From assembly GCA_015055745.1 (NCBI GenBank), contig SVHS01000002.1, forward strand, positions 62,534-126,533: DNA of 64,000 nt, in the 5' to 3' direction. A program made the translations under genes and the position numbers. Within the stretch, counting starts at the first letter, position 1, and each line of letters starts with the position of its first letter. The DNA is from Clostridiales bacterium (GTDB lineage Bacteria > Bacillota > Clostridia > Christensenellales > UBA1242). Below, in pieces: positions 1 to 9,992 of the stretch. The notes below the pieces were generated by a model. It was not told where the DNA came from, did not search any database, and saw nothing but the letters and a program-made list of their open reading frames with translations.

Positions 1-8
1 CTATCACT

Positions 9-3000
9 GTGAAATATGCCGACACTGAAAGGACAGTGGAAATTAATAGTGCTAATACCAGCATATCCATCTCTGGAAATATTGTGGATATCAATCTCTC
101 AAAATTCTTCCCTGCAGACATTTTAGACCTTGATGTTATAAAACAATATTCATTTAAAGTCAAAGCAAACTACATAAACTCTAATGAAAACAATAAATAC
201 TACACTGACTCAGAGTATAGTAATGTAGTCGTATTTGAAAATACATACATTCTCTCCGCTCCAGATATCACTTTATCACAAGATGTCGCTACTGGATACT
301 ACGAAGTATCTTGGGACAGTGCTGATAATGACCATGTAAAAAAATATGAAGTCTTTGTGTTTACTCCTACAGGACTCATACAGCCTATCTACCAAATCGA
401 GCCTAATGAAAATGAAACTAAAAATAAATTCCTCATCACTACAGACTTTGTGTCAGTAGCAGTGAGAGCTGTAGGAGCTGGAAATTATATCACTTCTCCT
501 CTCAGCGAATATGCTGTCAATCCAGACATATCAAACGAATTTACAGATGATATAAATTTCACCACATCAAACAACACTCTTCACTGGGATACTGTAGATA
601 ATGCATATTATTTTGTACAATTTGGCGACTTATGGACAGAGACCAATCTAAATAGCTGCGCTATCCCAGTAGAATATTGCACATCAAATGACTATAGCAT
701 TTATGTCACGGTCATCAAAGATGGATATATCCCTCAGACCTTACAAGTAGATTTGTCTTACAATCCTCGTTTGACTGCTCCATATATAGCTAATGGTCAA
801 GGTTTTAGCAGTAGAAACTTATATGAATTGTCATTCACTGGCTCAAACAAAGCTTTAGGATATTATGTGTACATAAAGTCTGCCGACGCTAGCGAATATG
901 TAAAGATTGATACTTTATATACTAGCACCACTATAGATATTTCAAAATATATTACCAGCAAGGGAGAATATTATGTATGCATCGAGTCTGTAGCTGATCC
1001 TTATAGTATATATAAAAATAGCGCTCTATCTTCACCTATACCTGTCACACATGAGGAAGTATTGGATACTCCGCAGTTTGACAAGATCGGAGATGAAAAC
1101 TATCCTATCCTCAAGATCACTAGAGGAAATGAGACGACATACCAATTGAGATTCTATGGTGTAAAAAATGCCGATATGTATGAAATCCTTATCGGAGGAA
1201 ACAAAATAACTGAACCTAGTAAGGGAGCGAATTTTACAGGTATATATATCAAAGACATCACAGAGTATTTATCTACTGCTGGTGACTATGTCATCAAAAT
1301 CAGAGCTATCCCTAGCGCCAATGCTGACAATGTCGTAGCCAGCGCATACAATGAAGAGACTTATCCTGTGTATAGACAGCTGAGTGTAGTAGATCTTATC
1401 CAAGTAAAGGACAACAATGGCGTATACACTCTATCCTTCAACCCACAAGACAATGCCGAATCATATGGCGTAAGAATAGTAAAACAAAATGACGATGGAT
1501 ACAAGGCTTACCTAGAAAGCTTAGGTCTCACAAATTACTTTAAAGTGACTACAGCTAGTGATATCTCAGAGTATCTACAGCAAGGTGGATTATACTATAT
1601 CTACATGACTTCTCTAGCTAAAAAAGGTAGCAATTATGCAGATTCCCCAGAGTCCACTACTTTTGCTACTGTAGAAAAATTTACTACTCTAAACAAGCCA
1701 GACGAAATCAAATTTACAAATAAAGATACTGGTGAATATATTTTGAGCTGGGTAGGCGATGAGCACGCAGACTACTATCAAGTACTCATATCTGATCCAA
1801 ATAAAGTGAATTTCAAATTTAATGTATACAACAAAGCGACTAGCACAGATATCTCTCAATACATTACTTTACAAGGTGATTATTCTATAGCTATCTACTC
1901 TATGGTAAATCCACTCAGCGACAATGCAAAAGAATATGAAAATAGTGGTGCAGGTACGACAAGTGAAACATATATCTACTCAAAAGACCAAGATTTTACT
2001 CGATATTCCGTATATTCTTATGGCAAATATTATGACTTTGAGATAGAGACTCTAGAAGATTTGAAAAATATCTTATGGTATCATTATCTATATGGAATAG
2101 ACAGCAATTTAGGCTTAAATATCAAGCTAATCCCTCAAGAAGACGAAGATATCCGTACTATGATATGGAGATTGGGTGACGAAGCTCACAATGAAAAGCT
2201 TTATCCTTTCAATGATGATACAGATTGGATAGCTGCAAAAGATACGACTGACGACACTTATCTTATCACCGTAAATGATACATTTAAAATATTATGTAAA
2301 AATATATTGGAGACTTACCCTGAGTTAAATATTTTGTCAAATCTCACTATCAGCAGAGCAAATGACTCGACAAATATATTCAATCTCAAGTACGCAAATG
2401 CATTGAATGTGGACAAAGTGAATATGGATAGTAGCATGTCTAGTCAGCACAATACTACATATGCGGATTACGACTACGGCAACCCATATCAATACATCGA
2501 CTACTATTCTCGTAAGAGTAGTACAGCTGTATTTAATATTGATTACAAAGCTGAGATGAATGTCTCCACTACTGAGCAATTGCTCCACGCTGTGACACAT
2601 GGTAAGAAACCAAAATTTGTCGGTGAGTCAGCGTTGGCACAGACAGTGTACTCAAATGCAAAGATAGTATTATCAGCTATCATTGATGACAAGATGAGTG
2701 ATCTAGAAAAAGTGACTGCAATATTTGATTGGTTAGAATACGGCTACAATCTAAACTACTATGCAGACAAACAATTAACTTCTGGGTCTCTATCTACTGC
2801 TGAGTTATCCGTCTACGGACTCAGAAAAGATTATTATCTAGAAGGCATATTTGAAGACATTTCACTTTCTAAAGAAGGCAATATCACGATAGGCAATCCT
2901 TATGCTACTAGCGCATCTTACTCAAAAGCATTTGCTCTATTGTGCGCTATAGAAGGCATAGAAGCCAAAGTCATCAACGGTGAATACGAATATAGTATCA

Positions 3001-3716
3001 CTAGCACTAGTGGCACTAAGTACTATACAGTAGACCACGTATGGAATAAGGTATATATCAGCACTACTCAAGACCAAGAAAAAGTGTGGCTCACTCTTGA
3101 CCTCACTTTCTCAGACAATTATATTATATTAAATAATTTGACCAAGAGCTATGGAGTATCATCTCATACATATTTCTTGATGAGTGACAATGCTTTGCAG
3201 GCAAATCTAAAGAGTACTTTCGGTGCTACTATCACTGATGAGACATATGTCATCTCTAATGATTATGCAGATAATCTCACTAGCCCTACAAATGTATTCT
3301 ATGATTATTACACTGACAATTATTTTGGTCTCACAGTATCACAGATAGACTCTATCGCACTTGATGCACATGATGATAATAGTCATGAAATCTCTGATTT
3401 CACATATTCAAGACAATATGATCCAAATATATCTTATCAAAAATATATGCAGACTACTGGTTATGGCAATTTACAATCTTATCTACTAAATACAATATTC
3501 TCATCAGAATACAATGCAACTAAAGGCTCAGGCAATGCAACATTCGAATTTAAATATAAAAATTCTAACTTTACAGGAGATATAAAGAATACATTGCAGA
3601 CCATGTTTAACAATTTGCAAATCAATTATGGTATCAGCTTGACTCTTGCTAACCTTTACACTATAGTAGATTCTTCTGCTGGTACGACTACTGTAGTATA
3701 TGTTGTAAAAACGTAG
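9..3716 (+). CDS. Large surface protein, 5'-truncated by the window edge: Fn3-like beta repeats plus C-terminal transglutaminase-like domain
   Basis: Frame is open to the window start. Repeated Fn3-like units (LxW/F...A..Y.V...G.Y.I.I.A). Transglutaminase-like signature LEKVTAIFDWL...YSKAFALLC...G...HVWN...LDLT. Confidence 0.7.
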   Translation: MKYADTERTVEINSANTSISISGNIVDINLSKFFPADILDLDVIKQYSFKVKANYINSNENNKYYTDSEYSNVVVFENTYILSAPDITLSQDVATGYYEVSWDSADNDHVKKYEVFVFTPTGLIQPIYQIEPNENETKNKFLITTDFVSVAVRAVGAGNYITSPLSEYAVNPDISNEFTDDINFTTSNNTLHWDTVDNAYYFVQFGDLWTETNLNSCAIPVEYCTSNDYSIYVTVIKDGYIPQTLQVDLSYNPRLTAPYIANGQGFSSRNLYELSFTGSNKALGYYVYIKSADASEYVKIDTLYTSTTIDISKYITSKGEYYVCIESVADPYSIYKNSALSSPIPVTHEEVLDTPQFDKIGDENYPILKITRGNETTYQLRFYGVKNADMYEILIGGNKITEPSKGANFTGIYIKDITEYLSTAGDYVIKIRAIPSANADNVVASAYNEETYPVYRQLSVVDLIQVKDNNGVYTLSFNPQDNAESYGVRIVKQNDDGYKAYLESLGLTNYFKVTTASDISEYLQQGGLYYIYMTSLAKKGSNYADSPESTTFATVEKFTTLNKPDEIKFTNKDTGEYILSWVGDEHADYYQVLISDPNKVNFKFNVYNKATSTDISQYITLQGDYSIAIYSMVNPLSDNAKEYENSGAGTTSETYIYSKDQDFTRYSVYSYGKYYDFEIETLEDLKNILWYHYLYGIDSNLGLNIKLIPQEDEDIRTMIWRLGDEAHNEKLYPFNDDTDWIAAKDTTDDTYLITVNDTFKILCKNILETYPELNILSNLTISRANDSTNIFNLKYANALNVDKVNMDSSMSSQHNTTYADYDYGNPYQYIDYYSRKSSTAVFNIDYKAEMNVSTTEQLLHAVTHGKKPKFVGESALAQTVYSNAKIVLSAIIDDKMSDLEKVTAIFDWLEYGYNLNYYADKQLTSGSLSTAELSVYGLRKDYYLEGIFEDISLSKEGNITIGNPYATSASYSKAFALLCAIEGIEAKVINGEYEYSITSTSGTKYYTVDHVWNKVYISTTQDQEKVWLTLDLTFSDNYIILNNLTKSYGVSSHTYFLMSDNALQANLKSTFGATITDETYVISNDYADNLTSPTNVFYDYYTDNYFGLTVSQIDSIALDAHDDNSHEISDFTYSRQYDPNISYQKYMQTTGYGNLQSYLLNTIFSSEYNATKGSGNATFEFKYKNSNFTGDIKNTLQTMFNNLQINYGISLTLANLYTIVDSSAGTTTVVYVVKT

Positions 3717-3749
3717 AATAAAAACACATCAACTACTTAAAATACGTTT

Positions 3750-5204
3750 ATGAAAGTTGATGCAGTGAAAACATTGGAAGAAATAAAAAAAATACTGCAC
3801 GAGAGTGGCGATCTAAAGTCACGTACCGTGCAGTTTTTTGGCACTCAAGTGGCGATTTGCTATATCGCACCTATAGTGGATAATATACTATTAAATCAAA
3901 CCATCATGGACCCAATGCTAGCATATCCATTCAAGGCAGAAGATGATATCCTTACTACTCTTAAAGAATATGTCTTATCAAATAACGAAGTAAGTGAGTA
4001 CATAGATATTGATAGCGCTATAGAAAAGCTTTTGTCAGGGCACTGTCTCATGCTAGTAGACAATGCTGATCATATCCTTAGCTGTGATATCGAAAAAATC
4101 ACTGTCCGTCCCATAGCCGAGCCACCTACTAGCGTGGTCATCAAAGGTCCTCGTGAAGGATTTAATGAAAGTCTAAAATACAATCTTGCCCTTATACGAA
4201 AGCGTGCGAAAACAAATGACCTAGTAGTGAAAACTCTAGAAATCGGCAAGATGACAAAATCTCAAGTAGCGGTAGTATACTTTGACTCTATCGTAGATAA
4301 AAACAATGTAAAGCAGATAATGAGAAGATTAAAAAATATACAAATCGATGGACTGATAGACAGCCATTATCTAGTGTCATATCTACAAAAAAATCCGACA
4401 TCTCTATTCAAACAAGTCGGCGATACAGAAAAGCCTGATGTGCTAGTAGCTAAGATGCTCGAGGGGCGTATAGGTATCATAGTAGATGGTAGTCCGATAG
4501 CTCTCACACTTCCATTTATCTTGATAGAAGATCTACAAAATTCTGATGACTACTATAGTCAGCCTATACGAGTGACTTTTATCCGTATATTGCGCTTGGT
4601 GGGTGTAATCTTGGCAGTATTGCTACCTGGAGTATATGTCGCACTAGAAAAATATCATTATAAGATACTGCCGACCGAATTTCTCGTCACGATAATGAAC
4701 ACTACTCAAGGTATCCCTTTTTCACCTTTTATAGAGCTATTGTTTGTAGTATTGTTATTTGAGATTTTATATGAAGCTAACCTTAGAATGCCTCAATATT
4801 TTGGCATGGCTATGTCTATAGTCGGAGCTCTAGTCTTGGGTGAAACTGCTGTAAATGCTGGATTAGTCAGTCCACCAGCGGTAATGATTGTAGCCCTATC
4901 TGGTATCACGTTTTACATTATACCGAGTCAAGCAGCTCAGTTTAGTGTATTGAGACTGATAGCTTTGGTAATAGGTGCAGCAGTAGGACTATATGGTATA
5001 TTATTGTTTTGTGTATTCCTGATATCTTACTTATCTAGTTTTGATAGCTACAATAGCGCATATCTTGCTCCTACTGCTCCACTCATTATGCAAGACCAAA
5101 AAGATATGTTTAAGCGAGAAATTATCAAGAAAATGTACAAACGGCCAAAATCAATATCAAACAACCATGATAATGTAGACAGGAGGGGAAAAGATGAAAA
5201 TTAA
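3750..5204 (+). CDS. gerKA: Spore germination receptor subunit A (GerA/GerKA family)
   Basis: EPPTSVVIKGPREGFNE, TEKPD..VAKMLEGRIGIIVDGSP, SIVGALVLGETAVNAG; hydrophobic C-terminal half. Confidence 0.93.
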   Translation: MKVDAVKTLEEIKKILHESGDLKSRTVQFFGTQVAICYIAPIVDNILLNQTIMDPMLAYPFKAEDDILTTLKEYVLSNNEVSEYIDIDSAIEKLLSGHCLMLVDNADHILSCDIEKITVRPIAEPPTSVVIKGPREGFNESLKYNLALIRKRAKTNDLVVKTLEIGKMTKSQVAVVYFDSIVDKNNVKQIMRRLKNIQIDGLIDSHYLVSYLQKNPTSLFKQVGDTEKPDVLVAKMLEGRIGIIVDGSPIALTLPFILIEDLQNSDDYYSQPIRVTFIRILRLVGVILAVLLPGVYVALEKYHYKILPTEFLVTIMNTTQGIPFSPFIELLFVVLLFEILYEANLRMPQYFGMAMSIVGALVLGETAVNAGLVSPPAVMIVALSGITFYIIPSQAAQFSVLRLIALVIGAAVGLYGILLFCVFLISYLSSFDSYNSAYLAPTAPLIMQDQKDMFKREIIKKMYKRPKSISNNHDNVDRRGKDEN

Positions 5205-6312
5205 TTATAGACAATTATCCGTGATGATTTTCTTTAGCTTTATCTCTCTAAAGTTTCTTGTCCTACCGAGTGTACTTTATCTTCATAGCGGAAATATGAG
5301 CTGGTTAGTAGTGTTGGTATTGATGATACTGGACGGACTCTTTGCCATATCTATCATAGATCTGATGAAAAAAAATCAAGACTCAAATATCAATGAGTTT
5401 ATGAACAATACTATAGGACCAGTATTGACTAAGATTTTTTTGGCAGTATTAGCTTTGAAATTCTTTTTACAAGTAGCAAATATTGTAAAAGGATTGGAGT
5501 TTTTTGTAGTAGAAAATTTTTACAACAATTTTAGCTGGATACTATACATCTTGCCTCTCATCGGACTTACCTCATTTATGATGTATAAAGGACTAAGAAA
5601 TATCGCACGCGTACAAGAAGTATTTTGTTGGTCTATCGTCATCGGTTGCATCTACATCGGTTGCAAATCGTTTTCTGGCGTAGATCCATTAGTATATTTG
5701 CCTATGTTTAAAGACGGAGCAGTCCCACTTTTTGAGAGCGGATATCGCCATCTTAGCTGGTTTGGCTCTAGCACATTTTTGTTGATATTGTTTGGCAAAG
5801 TAGATTTTCAAAATCCACGAAAAAAATTGTGCATAAAATATATCATATTCGCTATCATATTAGTCCAATTTATCTATTTTATCTTTTACGGACTATTTGA
5901 TATCACCAGCCCTACTCACACCTTTGCCATCAGCGATATCAGTCAGTTTACTAGTAGCAAGTCTATCATAGATGAGCTCTCTTGGCTAGTGGTCTCACTA
6001 TGGGTGATAATGCAATCTATACAGATAGCTCTGTATGGATATTGCTTAGTACTTAGCCTGATGTATTTATTCCATATCAAGTCAAAAATCGTCGTTATCA
6101 CTTTTGTCAATATCCTAATATTCGCTCTTAGCTATCTCGGAGCCGAGACTATCAATCTGGAGCAAATCTTCTTTACACCATTTGCATCTATTGTCACTAT
6201 CATATCACAATACATCATACCACCAATACTTTGGATAGGATACATGGTGCGACATAGACGGCAAAATAAAATCAGCGGGGTGAAAAATGAAAAAACTAAA
6301 GTCAATATTTAG
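5194..6312 (+). CDS. gerKB: Spore germination receptor subunit B (APC-fold membrane protein)
   Basis: About 10 hydrophobic segments; overlaps both the A and C subunit genes. Confidence 0.85.
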   Translation: MKINYRQLSVMIFFSFISLKFLVLPSVLYLHSGNMSWLVVLVLMILDGLFAISIIDLMKKNQDSNINEFMNNTIGPVLTKIFLAVLALKFFLQVANIVKGLEFFVVENFYNNFSWILYILPLIGLTSFMMYKGLRNIARVQEVFCWSIVIGCIYIGCKSFSGVDPLVYLPMFKDGAVPLFESGYRHLSWFGSSTFLLILFGKVDFQNPRKKLCIKYIIFAIILVQFIYFIFYGLFDITSPTHTFAISDISQFTSSKSIIDELSWLVVSLWVIMQSIQIALYGYCLVLSLMYLFHIKSKIVVITFVNILIFALSYLGAETINLEQIFFTPFASIVTIISQYIIPPILWIGYMVRHRRQNKISGVKNEKTKVNI

Positions 6313-7522
6313 CCCTCGCAAACTCATTATTTGGATTTTTATTATCATACTCATCATCACCGTGCCAGAAATTGCTCGCCCTGCCATGAGCAAGACTGAA
6401 GCCATAGTGACTATGATGTGTATAGACAAAGACGGTGAAGATATCAAAGTCTGTACCTCTGTCCTCACTCCAGCCAGCGAAAAAACCGCCAATTATGAAG
6501 TTTACTCAGGCAAAGGAAAAACTGTAGGTGAAGCTGTCGAAAATATTAGCTTAGCTTTAGGTAAAAGTATAGGCTTCGCTCAATGTGAAATCATGGGCTT
6601 TGGTGACAATCTGTCTGAAGAAGGTATCATGTCTACTCTAGACTTTATGACAAGGACTAGGAGAGTCGGTAGAAATGCTCTACTCATAAACTTTAGTGGT
6701 GAAGTGGAAAAATTTGCTCAAGCAGTGGTCAATATGAATATCGAAAAATCTCTACATCTAGAAGATATCATGAATTTTGACCAGAGATATATCCTATCAG
6801 AAGATAGCAATATTCACTCTTTTTATAAAGGATATTTTAGTAAAATATCACTAGGTATCATGCCAAAAATTAAGCTAGAGACTGAGGATAAAGGTAATTC
6901 TATCGAAGTGCAAGAGTCCGCCACAGGTGGAGGTAGCTCAAATGAACCCGGCTCTGGATCTGGCGGAGATAGCAAAAAAGAATATATATTAAATGACGGT
7001 ACTGCTTGCATATTTAGAAATGGAGAAAAAATCTTGGAAATCACTCCTGATACGATGAAAAAATTAAACTTATTTATCAACGAATCCCAAGAAGGTACCC
7101 TTACCATAGATCATGTGACTGACGATTTGTATGATGATGCTTCTATCATATTACACGTGTCTAAAAAAGACGTATCGTTTACTCCAAAATTTGATGGCGA
7201 AAAGCCGATATACGAAATCAGTATAGATGTCACAGTACTAGTAGAAGAAGTGGACGAAGAAAATCCTAGCTTAAAATTTTTGAAAAGGAATAAGGAATTT
7301 CTCACTCCTACTCTCATCGAAAAAACAAAACAACAAGTAGAAAAACAAGCATATGAAATAATAGAATATTGCAAAGAAAACAAAGTAGACCTAATCCATG
7401 TATATGAATTTTTCTATAGAAAACAATACAAGAAATTTTCAGAATATTACGATAAAATGCAAGAAAAATACCTTGACAATATTGATTATAAAATCTCAGT
7501 CAAGGTAAACAGCTCTTATTAA
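6287..7522 (+). CDS. gerKC: Spore germination receptor subunit C (Ger(x)C family)
   Basis: Third gene of the ger operon; N-terminal hydrophobic anchor; AIVTMMCIDK, GKGKTVGEA and GTACIFRNG motifs; no obvious lipobox Cys. Confidence 0.8.
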   Translation: MKKLKSIFSPRKLIIWIFIIILIITVPEIARPAMSKTEAIVTMMCIDKDGEDIKVCTSVLTPASEKTANYEVYSGKGKTVGEAVENISLALGKSIGFAQCEIMGFGDNLSEEGIMSTLDFMTRTRRVGRNALLINFSGEVEKFAQAVVNMNIEKSLHLEDIMNFDQRYILSEDSNIHSFYKGYFSKISLGIMPKIKLETEDKGNSIEVQESATGGGSSNEPGSGSGGDSKKEYILNDGTACIFRNGEKILEITPDTMKKLNLFINESQEGTLTIDHVTDDLYDDASIILHVSKKDVSFTPKFDGEKPIYEISIDVTVLVEEVDEENPSLKFLKRNKEFLTPTLIEKTKQQVEKQAYEIIEYCKENKVDLIHVYEFFYRKQYKKFSEYYDKMQEKYLDNIDYKISVKVNSSY

Positions 7523-9906
7523 GCTCTTAGAGTCAATCCGATGGTTTCCATCGACTTGATGAGCCTAGTAGAAAATTTTTCTATATCACTAGACTCCAAT
7601 GTCTTATCTTTTGGAGTAATGACGAAGTTGATAGTATAGCTAATCTTATCTTTCAAGACTTCGTCATTTTTATATATATCTTTGAGTGAGTGCTCGAGGA
7701 TATAGCTTGCCTTAAAATCAGACAACGCTTTCTCTATCTCACCATATGGCATGTTTTTATCAGCGACAAAGTTAAAGTCTACAGACACACTCTGGAATTT
7801 GCTAGTAGGAGTGAGTCTAAATACATTTTTCTTTACTTCTAGCATTTTATTGACATCTAGCTCTAGCACTGCAAAAGTTTTTCTCTTGTCAATATTCTTT
7901 GCTATAGCTGGGTGCAAAACACCCATCTCTCCTAGCACCAAATCCCCAGCTGTTATTTCACAAGAATTTACTGGATGATAAAGTTTATTTTGATTGGTCA
8001 ATGAGTAATCTACAGAAATATGCATTATATGTCTAGCGATATACTCTACTATCTCTTTTAGACGGAAATATAATGTCTTTTCACTATCTTTTTCACTAGC
8101 CAATACGATAGCCAATTTCTTCTTTTCCACAGCGAGATTATTTTCATCTATATTGTCTACTACTCTACCTATTTCGAATATACCAAGGTCAGGGTATTTA
8201 TTTTTATTATCATCAACAAATTTTATAATAGTAGGAGCAAGATGTGAGCGTAGTCCACCCTGCCCACTCTTTGATGAGTCGAGTAAATGTAGTACACTCT
8301 GCTCTTCTATACCTACAGATTTATTGTACTCAACATAATTCCAAATGTAGCTATGCACTTCATTTAGATCAAACTGACTAGCAAGTGCGTATTTTATCTC
8401 ATACTCTACAGTATGAGTAGGTATTTGATCTACAGGTTGTAGAGGCATAGACATAGGTTTACTTTTAATATTATCATAACCATACATTCTAAATATTTCT
8501 TCCACCAAGTCTTCTTTGATAGAAATATCCTTTGTGCCTCTGTATGATGGTACAGCCACCCTGAGAGACTCTTTCTCTTCGTCCAAAACTGACACTTCAA
8601 ATCCTAGACGAACAAGAGTATCTTTTACTTCTGCAAGAGATAGATTTACTCCACCTCTTCTAGACAAGAAATCTGTATCAATATCTATAATGTGCTTTGG
8701 ATAGTGATATTTATATACATCTGTGAGACTGCTGGTCACTTTGATATCTTTATCCACTTGCCTCAAAAGATAGATTAATCTCTCTATAGCTGTAGCACAC
8801 ATCTCTGGATCGAGAGATTTTTCGTATCTCAAGCTCGCGTCAGTGATGAGTCCTATCTTCCTGCTAGTCTTACGTATAGCCACACAGTCAAAGCACGCAC
8901 TCTCGAGTAATAGGCTAGTCGTATCCTCTGAGATACCTGATTTTAGTCCACCTTTCACCCCAGCTATTGCCACTGGCTCTCTATGATCATCACATATCAC
9001 CACAGCGCCACTCTCTATAGTGTGGACTTCGTGCTCCAGTGTCTCCATATCTAGATTTTTATCCGCTTCGATGACCGTGATACCTTTCACGACACTATTG
9101 TCAAAAGCGTGCATAGGCTGTCCCATCTCTAGCATGAGATAGTTTGTCATATCAGCGAGAAGATTGATGTCTCTCATGCCACAATAATTTAATCTAAGCT
9201 TCATTAGTGGAGTAGATACTTTCGCCTTAACATTATCTACAGTGAGTCCACAATACCTATAACACTTATCTGTCTCCACCTTGATATCCAATGGCGCAAG
9301 TGACGCATACTGAGTGAGATCTTCCCTCTCGATAGGCTTGAGCTCACGCTTGAAGATAGTCGCAAACTCCCTCGCTATACCATAATGCCCCCACAGGTCA
9401 GGTCTATTTGTAAGAGATTTATTATCCACCTCGATGAGCACATCATCTACTGGCAAAATCTCTTTTATATCCTTTCCGACAGGTAGGCTTGCATCTAGCT
9501 CTACGATACCTGAAGTGTCCGACTCTATACCTAATTCATTTCCGCCACAGCACATACCATAGCTATCCACTCCGGCGAGCTTGGCTGGCTTTATCTTGAG
9601 ACCATTTACATTACCACCCACACGAGCAAAGTACGTCTTTAGTCCCACTCTTACATTCGGAGCACCGCACACTACTTGCACAGGAGCCCCACTGCCATCA
9701 TCGACAGTCAAAATGTGTAGATGATCGCTATTCGGGTGATTTTCTACTGTTAAAATTTCCGCCACCACAATGTTCTCTAGCTCTTTACCCTTGTATTCTA
9801 CACCTTCCACTTCTGCTGTAGATAGACCAAAGCGTTTGACCAATTCGTCCACTTCTATCCCGCTCAAATCTACATAGTCTTTTATCCAATTTAGTGAAAT
9901 TAACAT
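7519..9906 (-). CDS. pheT: Phenylalanyl-tRNA synthetase beta subunit
   Basis: MLISLNWIKDYV, HPNSDHL, VVCGAPNV, NRPDLWGHYGIARE; follows pheS. Confidence 0.97.
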   Translation of the reverse strand: MLISLNWIKDYVDLSGIEVDELVKRFGLSTAEVEGVEYKGKELENIVVAEILTVENHPNSDHLHILTVDDGSGAPVQVVCGAPNVRVGLKTYFARVGGNVNGLKIKPAKLAGVDSYGMCCGGNELGIESDTSGIVELDASLPVGKDIKEILPVDDVLIEVDNKSLTNRPDLWGHYGIAREFATIFKRELKPIEREDLTQYASLAPLDIKVETDKCYRYCGLTVDNVKAKVSTPLMKLRLNYCGMRDINLLADMTNYLMLEMGQPMHAFDNSVVKGITVIEADKNLDMETLEHEVHTIESGAVVICDDHREPVAIAGVKGGLKSGISEDTTSLLLESACFDCVAIRKTSRKIGLITDASLRYEKSLDPEMCATAIERLIYLLRQVDKDIKVTSSLTDVYKYHYPKHIIDIDTDFLSRRGGVNLSLAEVKDTLVRLGFEVSVLDEEKESLRVAVPSYRGTKDISIKEDLVEEIFRMYGYDNIKSKPMSMPLQPVDQIPTHTVEYEIKYALASQFDLNEVHSYIWNYVEYNKSVGIEEQSVLHLLDSSKSGQGGLRSHLAPTIIKFVDDNKNKYPDLGIFEIGRVVDNIDENNLAVEKKKLAIVLASEKDSEKTLYFRLKEIVEYIARHIMHISVDYSLTNQNKLYHPVNSCEITAGDLVLGEMGVLHPAIAKNIDKRKTFAVLELDVNKMLEVKKNVFRLTPTSKFQSVSVDFNFVADKNMPYGEIEKALSDFKASYILEHSLKDIYKNDEVLKDKISYTINFVITPKDKTLESSDIEKFSTRLIKSMETIGLTLRA

Positions 9907-9931
9907 TTTCTTCTCCTTTATTTATTTTAAT

Positions 9932-9981
9932 ATGTCACTCTAATAAACAAGAAAATTCTTCGACTTCGATCAGAATGACAT
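9932..9981. repeat. Degenerate palindromic REP-like element between pheS and pheT
   Basis: ATGTCACTCT...AGAATGACAT inverted ends; right arm ATTCTTCGACTTCGATCAGAATGACA resembles recalled GATTCTTCGCTTCGCTCAGAATGACA-type repeats. Confidence 0.45.
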
Positions 9982-9992
9982 TTATCCTCTCT

